DNA of 64,000 nucleotides from Octopus vulgaris (Eukaryota): NCBI GenBank assembly GCA_951406725.2, contig OX597814.1, positions 184,078,001 to 184,142,000 of the forward strand, read 5' to 3'. Shown piece by piece: positions 55,459 to 64,000 of this stretch (position 1 is its first letter; each line of letters starts with the position of its first letter). The notes under the pieces were generated by a model. It saw only the letters and a program-made list of their open reading frames with translations, ran no database searches and was not told where the DNA came from. The position numbers and the translations under genes were made by a program.

Positions 55459-55938
55459 TTCTTCATGGTCTAGCCACGAAAGTTATCTGTTGTATTCATT
55501 CACAGAATTAGTTAGTTACAAATAAAACAAGAAAAGAAAAATACTGAAAGGAAGAAAAGAAACAATAGTGAACGAAGAACGAAGAAGAAAAAAAAAGGCA
55601 GGACTTGGTGGAAAGATTTTAACTAGAAGTATAGAAGTAAATAGACCAAGCATACGGTTTCGCTATTGTAAAAGAGGGGAAGCAAGAGAAGGACAAGGAG
55701 GGGAGGGGGGAAGAAAAGCAGAAACAAAGGAAGAAAGAGAAAGTAATGAGACAGAAAGAGAAACGAGGGTGAAAATGGGAGAGGAAGTATTTGTACAGAA
55801 ATGTGTATATGTGTGTGCGCGCGTATGTGTGTGTATGTGTGCTTGTAAGTATGTGAGTATGTGCGTTCGTATTTGTGTGTGCGTGTGTTTGTAGTAGTGT
55901 GCAAATTCATGAAAAAGATGGCTTCTAAGAATCTTGCA

Positions 55939-55946
55939 CTTATATT
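55939..55946 (-). promoter_or_regulatory. Candidate TATA box for the minus-strand gene
   Basis: aaTATAAg about 490 bp upstream of the ATG, ahead of a pyrimidine/microsatellite-rich UTR-like tract; weak evidence in AT-rich DNA. Confidence 0.2.
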
Positions 55947-56028
55947 TCTATTTGACCATGGATGAGTTTCTAAGGAGAAAAACAGAACCGCTGGTATCAC
56001 CTTTCTTTCATTTCTTTGCCTTTATATT

Positions 56029-56082
<54 letters not shown>

Positions 56083-56453
56083 CTCCCTCTTTCTTTCTCT
56101 CTCTCCCACTCCTCTCTCTCAGTACTTTTCTCTCGCCTCATCATAACTTATCAATCTATTTTCCTTGCTTTTCTCTTTCTGTTCAACCCTTCTTTTTATT
56201 TTAATTTCCCCTTTCTGTCTCATTCCCCCTTTCATTATCGAGAAACATCTCTTTTATTCAACATCCTTGGCGCCATTATCGTTGTTTCTAAGGATTCTAA
56301 CGAGCATTTTTAGTCAGCTTATGCAATAAGTACAATACGAGTCCCGATGAGAATCTCCAGACAATATGTAAAAGAGAAACCAGTGCAGCTTTCCAAGATC
56401 CGCGTGTGAGAGCGATGATAAAATACGTGTAACAACTAACTAATAACGACTAA

Positions 56454-56846
56454 TCTCTCTATATATAAAGCTGAAGTTGTCTGTGTATGGCAGGTTTGGT
56501 AGCCTTCAACTAACACTATCTCCTCCAAGACCCTACGGCGCAAGTTGACCAAAATTGAGAATATGATAGAGGAAGGCTTGTTCTTCCTTTCGTAGAAGAA
56601 AAGAATCAAATCGGACCATGTTAACACCAAAAATTATTTACATTAAAAAGGTGCTTTTTTTCTATGAAAATCCCTATTTTTTACGATTTTTTTACTGCTG
56701 TGTCACCATTTTTCCGGTGTATTTCAACCAGAAAAATGTTCACTTAAAGAGAATAACAAGCTACATAATGCAAAATTTTTACTTTTCAAAAATTCCAATT
56801 CTAAAGGGTCGAAAAAAATCCGAGCAACGCCGGGCGATACTGCTAG
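56454..56846 (+). mobile_element. Complete non-autonomous Helitron
   Basis: A|TC 5' end, subterminal hairpin ccgagcaacgccgg, CTAG|T 3' end, no TSD. Confidence 0.75.
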
Positions 56847-57857
56847 TAATAAATAACACTGTTTGTTAAATGGATGTAGTCAATGGACACTAGGATTGGT
56901 AAAGCGTCAGAGAATGATTTCCTTTATCTAGTTAACTACCCTTACGCTCTGTTTCAAATTTCACTTAAATCTACTTCACCATTTCTCATCCTGGATATTC
57001 GTATTGAATTTTTTTTCTTCTCAATCTATTGTATCCTCCCGCAAAATGTATTATTTGCATATGCGAACCGGTCTGTTATATAATATTTGGTACGATATCA
57101 TGTCTGTTAAACATATCTTGTTTCCCCATAAATGCAGTCAGTATTTGATATTATATTTCACTACTTAGTATACCTACAAGCATAAAAAAATAACATGAGG
57201 TGATATGTAACTTTGTTGTAAGAAATTTTTTTATGCTTAAGATTTATTTCTGCCGCATTTCTTTTTTTCGAGTAAAGGGTTTTGTTTCACAAATACCCTC
57301 TACATTGCTTTGTACATATCAGCACAACGCAAGGCTAAAATTATTGTAAAAATCAGCAACATGTTAGGAGCTGTGCTTCCTACTCGTAGAGGAAAACTAT
57401 TACGCCTAGACTAACACTTTATTTCGGTTTAAATATTGAAAGCTTAGTACAGTAAATACTTCAATATCTTCTTATCCCCTTCATCGTTGAATGAACACCA
57501 GAAACGCACCGAGTAGTGATAAAGTTCCAAATGTTTAGTGAAAATATTTCATAAGCACACATAAATGTAGGTCTTTCATTGATGTGTGGAAAGAGCCAGA
57601 AATAATACCAAAAATCACAGATGGAATTACCATCTTAAAGATGTAACAAACTTCAAATATTGTATTCCAGCCTACTGACATATACAGCGCTTTAATATAA
57701 GAGATGAATACTCACCTGGAAAATAGTAACTCACCCCGAGGAAAACGAGAGGATAATACACATTGATGTGTGTGGTTATAATATTCAGTTACTAAGAAAG
57801 CATTAACTGTATAAAGAGATTGAAGGAGAGAGAAGTTTTGCATTTAATGACAGGATT

Positions 57858-58263
57858 CTTATTTCTTTATTGTCCACAAGGGGCTAAACATAGATCGGAT
57901 AAACAAAGGTATTAAGTCGATTACATCGATCCCAGTGCATAAATGGTACTTAATTTATAGACCCCGAAAGGATGAAAGGCACAGTCGACCTGGGCCGAAT
58001 TTGAACTCAGAACCTAACGGCAGACCAAATATCTATTTATTTACTACCCACAAGGGGCTAAACACAGAGAGGGCAAACAAGGACAGACAAACGGAATAAG
58101 TCGATCATATCGACCCCAGTGCGTAACTAATACTTATTTAATCGCCCCCCAAAGGTTGAAAGGCAAAGTCGACCTCGGCGGAATTTGAACTCAGAACGTA
58201 ACGGCAGACGAAATACAGCTACGCATTTCGCCCGGCGTGTTAACGTTTCTGCCAGCTCACCGA
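57858..58263 (-). mobile_element. SINE family B dimer
   Basis: One head plus two body units. Confidence 0.85.
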
Positions 58264-58785
58264 CTCTGCTGACAGTGTTTCACATCAATGGATTCTGAAA
58301 ACATTAGTCACGATTAAGATGACATAATAAGAATCACGTTTATCAAGCATGTTATGAATATCTTTACCGCATAGTAATAAAACACATGTCTATAAGAGAA
58401 GTTTTCCATGAGAACTCTCCAACTCTAAACATTTGCCAGGTGCTAAGAAACTTTGCCATCTTTTTAAAGGCGACAGGATTCAGATACTAATGATATCGGG
58501 GAAAAACGAAATATCTTTTACATGCAAATGCAGCATGTAACAAATATACACGAACTGAGTCGAAGAATTGACTTGAAAACTAGTTCAGGAAAATGCGTGA
58601 TACATATATACACGCGCACGCACACACGAATACACATCCTGAAATATTGAATCTCAGAGCATACATAAAGCTATGAATAGCAGTATGCGTGTTTCGAGGT
58701 CCATTATTACGTTATTACACGAATAAATTATTTCACTCTCTCGTGAATGTTTATAAGATTTTTAAGACGTCATATATATGTATAT

Positions 58786-59110
58786 AATTATAACTTAGGA
58801 TATCTACGAGATACAACCATGCTGAAAATAGCAGCCAGGATCTGACTTTAAAACCACATTAAGTTTTCATATAGCACAAGGAGAGAAGACAAAAAGACAA
58901 AATAAAACTAGTAAAAAATATCCCGGATTTCTGACTTTGCATTTAGAAAAGCTTTACTTGTTTTTACTAGTTTTTTTTACTAGTTTTATTTTTTACTAGT
59001 TCTATTTTGTTTGTTTTTTTGTCTTCTCTCCCTGTGCTATGGTTTTAGAGTCAGATCCTGGTTGCTATTTTCAGCATGGCGGCATCTCGTAGATACCCTA
59101 AGTTATAATT
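58786..59110. repeat. Imperfect, older long inverted repeat in (TA)-rich context
   Basis: aattataacttagg..atctacgagat..catgctgaaaatagc..ccaggatctgact and its reverse complement at 59030-59110. Confidence 0.85.
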
Positions 59111-59183
59111 TTAATAATAATTATTACCTTTGAAGCTTTTTATTTCTATGTTGGCCACTTGATAAGATTGTTATTTAATTTAT

Positions 59184-59222
<39 letters not shown>

Positions 59223-59224
59223 AA

Positions 59225-60090
59225 AGGAATAAAACCACTATTATTATATTGGACAAAGAAACAGAGGTAGCAAATTAGATAACAAGTGAATTTATAATAG
59301 AGATTATGGAATTAAATAACTTGATGGAGTGCAACACACGAATGAAAAAATCGGTCAAAGATGAATATTATAGACACATAAAGTAATACTCAAAGTAGCG
59401 GTAGATAGAACAAAACCGATCAAACAAAGTGATACGTGTTATTATCTGATATAGTAATGGTTACAGTCATAACATTCTTGAAAAGAATCTAATTGAATTA
59501 GTAAAAGCAGACATGTAAACGACGCAAATAATGTTCTGAGAATACACTTCCAGAATGCCACGGAAACTGGGATGAAGTGTTTTACGAGAAAATCATATTT
59601 AATAAAAAAATGAAATGGAAAATAATAAAAATAACTACAAAATATGAAAAAATGAAATATTATTTCTGATTTTAAGGAACCCTGCATACATAAAGCAGGG
59701 TGTGAAGATGAGGCAATAGAATAAACTGAAAAGGAATACATACGCAAAAATATTGGCAAAAGACCCCATACATCCCGGACGAGCCCATCGTTACTTTTTT
59801 AATGGCGGTGCCCCAGCATGGCCACAGCTCATTGGCTGAAACTGGAAAATCAAAAATCAAAATCAAATACATGACTAATAACTGAGAAAAATAATCAAAG
59901 GAGAAATGACAAAATTGGAACTTCATGAACTGGAGAACTATGAAATACAGTATACTAAAGTAACTACAGAATTAAGAGTGTAATAATGTACAAGAGTTAA
60001 TATATTAGAAAATGACAAAATTACAATAATCAGATCAATTTGCTGACAGGATATTGAGACGAATCGCTGATATATGATTGGGAAATTTAA
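59225..60090 (+). mobile_element. Old Dong/R4-clade LINE remnant (RT thumb onward)
   Basis: MKKSVKDEYYRHIK, YSHNIL..ELVKAD, WQK.P(I)H (cf. KPLHG); very decayed. Confidence 0.5.
59772..59866 (+). pseudogene. Putative pre-tRNA-Pro 3' fragment fused to a CR1/SINE-type tail
   Basis: atcccggacgagccc (tRNA-Pro 3' end) + atcgttac + T6 + aatggcggtgccccagcatggccacagctcattggctgaaac + (aaaatc)n; flanked by atac duplication. Confidence 0.55.
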
Positions 60091-60120
60091 TAAGGAAACT
60101 TCACTAAAATTGATGGTATA

Positions 60121-60282
60121 GGCGTAGGAGTGGCTGTGTGGTAAATAGCATGCTTACTAACCACAATGTTCCGGGTTCAGTCCCACTGCGTGGCACCATG
60201 GGCAAGTATTTTCTACTATACCCTCGGGCCTACCAAAGCCTTGTGAGTGGATGTAATAGACGGAAACTGAAAGAAGCCCGTC

Positions 60283-60327
<45 letters not shown>

Positions 60328-60543
60328 TATATATATATGTGTGTGTGTATGTGTATGTTTGTGTGCGTGTGTTTGTCCCCCCAACATCGCTTGACAACCG
60401 ATGCTGGTGTGTTTACGTCCCGTAACTTAGCGGTTCGGCAAAAGTGACTAATAGAATAAGTACTAGGGTCGATTTGCTCGACTAAAGGCAGTGCTCCAGC
60501 AAGGCCACAGTCAACTGACTGAAACAAGTAAAAGAGTAAAGAG
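60121..60543 (+). mobile_element. SINE family A, full length
   Basis: Colinear match. Confidence 0.9.
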
Positions 60544-60819
60544 TATAAGCTTTCGGAATATAAAGATTGCGAAATAGAAATAACCAGTTGTAAGGTAAAA
60601 AACAGAAAAATCCCGAAAATAATAAATGCACTGGAAGTTATTTAAAGAGAAGGTGCAGTTACAGAATCCCAAAATTTGGTTTACCACACGATAAAATAGC
60701 GATGTCAGGAGGCATAAAAGACATAATGTCGAGTAATTTGAATGGAATTGAAAACACAAACTAAAACGCTGCATTTTCCCAAGATAATAAGAGTTGTGTT
60801 CGATTCTTCAGCTACAGAA

Positions 60820-61125
<306 letters not shown>

Positions 61126-61126
61126 A

Positions 61127-61662
61127 ATATGCCAACATTATGGAATAACAGAAAAAAGATGGTATAGGCACACACCAGAAAAAGTCACAGAAAACGAGAA
61201 AGCAACCATACTCTGGGATATACCAATACACACAGATAGAGAAATTAGGGGCCAACAGACCAGATATACTTGTCAGAGATCATGAAGAAGAAAATGCTTT
61301 CTAATTGATGTATCAATACCAGCAGATGACAACGTGTCTCTAAAAGAAATGGAGAAACTCTCAAAATACAAAGACCTTGAAATAGAAGGTAACCAGAATG
61401 TGGAATCTAAAAACAGAAACAATTCCTATCATAGTAGGTGCATTAGGCATGATAAAAAAATAGTCAGACAAATACATAACAAAAACACCAGGACTTACAA
61501 ACACATATAACATACAGAAAATTGCACTACTAGGCACTGCACACATCCTACGCAGAACACTTTCAATACAGTAACCATCAGTACATCACAGCACATACCC
61601 AAGGTACACAGAGCTGCGCTCGGTAGTGAAGTGAAAGCACGCTATAAAAATAAAACTACTGA
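61127..61662 (+). mobile_element. Dong/R4-clade LINE 3' end (restriction-like endonuclease) inserted in (TAA)n
   Basis: WYRHTPEKVTENEKATILWDIPIHTDREI, NRPDILV, LIDVSIP, KEMEKLSKYKDLEIE, PIIVGALG, IQKIALLGTAHILRRTLS*; small frameshifts. Confidence 0.9.
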
Positions 61663-61663
61663 A

Positions 61664-61803
<140 letters not shown>

Positions 61804-62573
61804 CAATAAATTTTCAAATTTTGGCACCAGGCCAGCAATGTTTTGGCTGGGGTTAAGTAAATTACATCAAACCCAGTGCTTGAATTGGTAATTATTTTAT
61901 CGGTCTCGAGAACGCAATTTTGGTGTCGTCGGTATTTTTCTTTTTCAGGTATTTCTTTCCACACAGTTATTACATCATTATACTTAAAATCATTTAAAAT
62001 AGAAACGCATTTATTGTTAGTACATATCTTTCAAAACCCAAACGTCTTATAAGCATGAAAACAATTTTAAACTGAAGAGCTGGGTAAAGAAATTTTCGCT
62101 CATCACTTACATGTATTCGTTTCTCAATTACTTTTAATGCGATGATTGTGTTTGCTCTGACAACTATTCGAGATTTTAATTGGAATCTCCTCTCAATATA
62201 CTTTACAGTTACCGATGTGTATGCGTGTATATGTACGTTTATGTGGTATGTGTAAGAACTTCTACGTTTGGGTTTGTGTGAGAGTGTGTGCGTTGGTGGA
62301 AACAAGAAACGTTCGACATGAAATAAAGGATGCGTAAATGAAGAAAATAATAAGAGAAGAGACGCTATTGTGTATTTCTATTCATCAACATCGCTAATCT
62401 TTTCTACTCTTTATTATATGAAGAAGAAACTAATATTCAGAAATACACATAAGATTTTAAATACTAATGCAAGTTTGATAACAATACGTCTTAGTGAAAT
62501 ATACTTGGAAGTAAAAATATTTATTACTTTTCCAGTATATTTAGATATTTAGTTTTAGGCATATATATTACAT

Positions 62574-62628
<55 letters not shown>

Positions 62629-62631
<3 letters not shown>

Positions 62632-62790
62632 CGCAGGAGTGACTGTGTGGTAAGTAGCTTGTTTACCAACCACATGGATCCAGGTTCAGTCCCATTGCGT
62701 GGCAGCTTAGCCAAGTGTCTTCTACTATAGCTTTCGGCCAACCAAAGCCCTGTCAGTGGATTTGTTGGACGGAAACTGAAAGAAGCCCGT

Positions 62791-62833
<43 letters not shown>

Positions 62834-63060
62834 CTTTATGTGTGTGTGTGTGTTTGTTTGTGTCTGTTCGCCCCCCCCCTCCCAACATTGCTTGACAACT
62901 GATGCTGATGTGTTTACGTCCCCGTAACTTAGCGGTTCGGCAAAAGAGATCCGATAGAATAAGTATTAGGCTTACAAGTCCTGGGGTCGATCTGTTCGAC
63001 TAGAGGCGATGCTCCAGCATGACCACAGTCAAATGACTAGAACAGGTAAAACAGTAAAAG
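62629..63060 (+). mobile_element. SINE family A, full length
   Basis: Colinear match. Confidence 0.9.
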
Positions 63061-63072
63061 AATATACATATA

Positions 63073-63243
63073 CAGGGTGCGATGGGTAAATTGTCACCAT
63101 ATAGGCTTTAATTTTTCGCGCACGCGCTTTCTTTGCTTTGATTTTTCGACTACATGGTATAGTAGAGTCAGTTGGGCACCGCCTGTGAGAAAACAGCACT
63201 GTGACGCAATTCTCTGTGCCATAAAGTTGGTAACGGCATGCTT
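63073..63243 (+). mobile_element. Left end of Tc1/mariner element (same family as 38950-39368)
   Basis: TA+CAGGGTGCGATGGGTAAATTGTCACCAT; agtcagttgggcac..cctgtgag. Confidence 0.7.
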
Positions 63244-63339
63244 ACTGTATGCCATACTTTCTGTTCATCAAAAAGATATATCTAACAAATATTCTTCTGC
63301 ACACATAAACTGAAATAAAATACAAAGACATGCATATAT

Positions 63340-63599
63340 AAACTTAGATAAACTTAGATATGTTTCGACCAAAGATTGGTCCAGGCCATGTCTAACTTAA
63401 TAGCACCACCTGATAGGATTATTCGAATCCTGTTTAAGTCAAGTTTTGTTCAAGTAATGAGTTCTTGTTGGGTGAGTTGTATCCAGTTTTGTTCAAGTAG
63501 TGAGTTCATGTTGGGTGAGCTGTATCCAATTATGGGTGGCTTATCTGGTATTCTTTGAAGGAATCTATCCAGACTCTGTTTAAAGTTGATGGGATCCTT
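63340..63599 (-). mobile_element. 3' end of CR1-like LINE
   Basis: Near-identical reverse complement of 6132-6393. Confidence 0.75.
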
Positions 63600-64000
63600 C
63601 ACATACAAAGTATGGGGGGAAGGGGTTAGGTACGCCAGGTAAGTGCTGCAACGGATTATTAGGGGTCCAAGGTTATAGCCGAGACGGTAGTTATGCAGCC
63701 ATTGCAGAATTCCGATGCCGCGGATATATAAATGTTAAACAGGGAGTCAAATATTAAGGGAAGGGAAACATCTCAAGTCATATACAATATTTTTGCAAGA
63801 AGACATTCAAAATCTTACAGCTGTTTCTGGGATACTGTCGGGTATGGGATATTCCATCATCAGAGACAAATTGTGGAAAAAATATGGAAAATAAGAATGG
63901 TATATATTAATGAGATGATAACATAGCGGAAGGGAGTAAAAGAATAAGGAGATGGTAAGAGAGAAGAAAAAAGCGGCGTAAAAGTTCTTGGTTCAACTCT

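Overview
AT-rich, microsatellite-saturated animal genomic DNA with no prokaryotic features. The repeat landscape (tRNA-derived CORE- and Meta-type SINEs, Dong/R4, Penelope-like, CR1 and Tx1/L1 fragments, long (TA)n and (TAA)n tracts) strongly suggests a coleoid cephalopod, probably Octopus; this is an inference. Almost all ORFs in the track are microsatellite or SINE artefacts. One convincing host coding exon lies on the minus strand (55346-55458) and encodes a signal peptide, so much of the window may be its intron. The rest is layered transposon debris: a hAT/Buster transposase, a DD37E(TRT)-type Tc1, mariner-like pieces, a complete non-autonomous Helitron and more than 25 SINE copies. Three observations stand out. 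(i) Two apparently independent retro-chimeras join a Pol III RNA ending in oligo-U (a full-length U6 and a putative pre-tRNA-Pro 3' end) to the short CR1/SINE 3' tail, each with a short target duplication and a reconstructable empty site. (ii) Several (TA)n-embedded Penelope-type modules carry minimal hammerhead ribozyme motifs, some within long fold-back palindromes. (iii) A covarying 3' stem-loop is shared between CR1 ends, SINEs and one of the chimeras. All calls come from reading the sequence by eye; no database searches were run.
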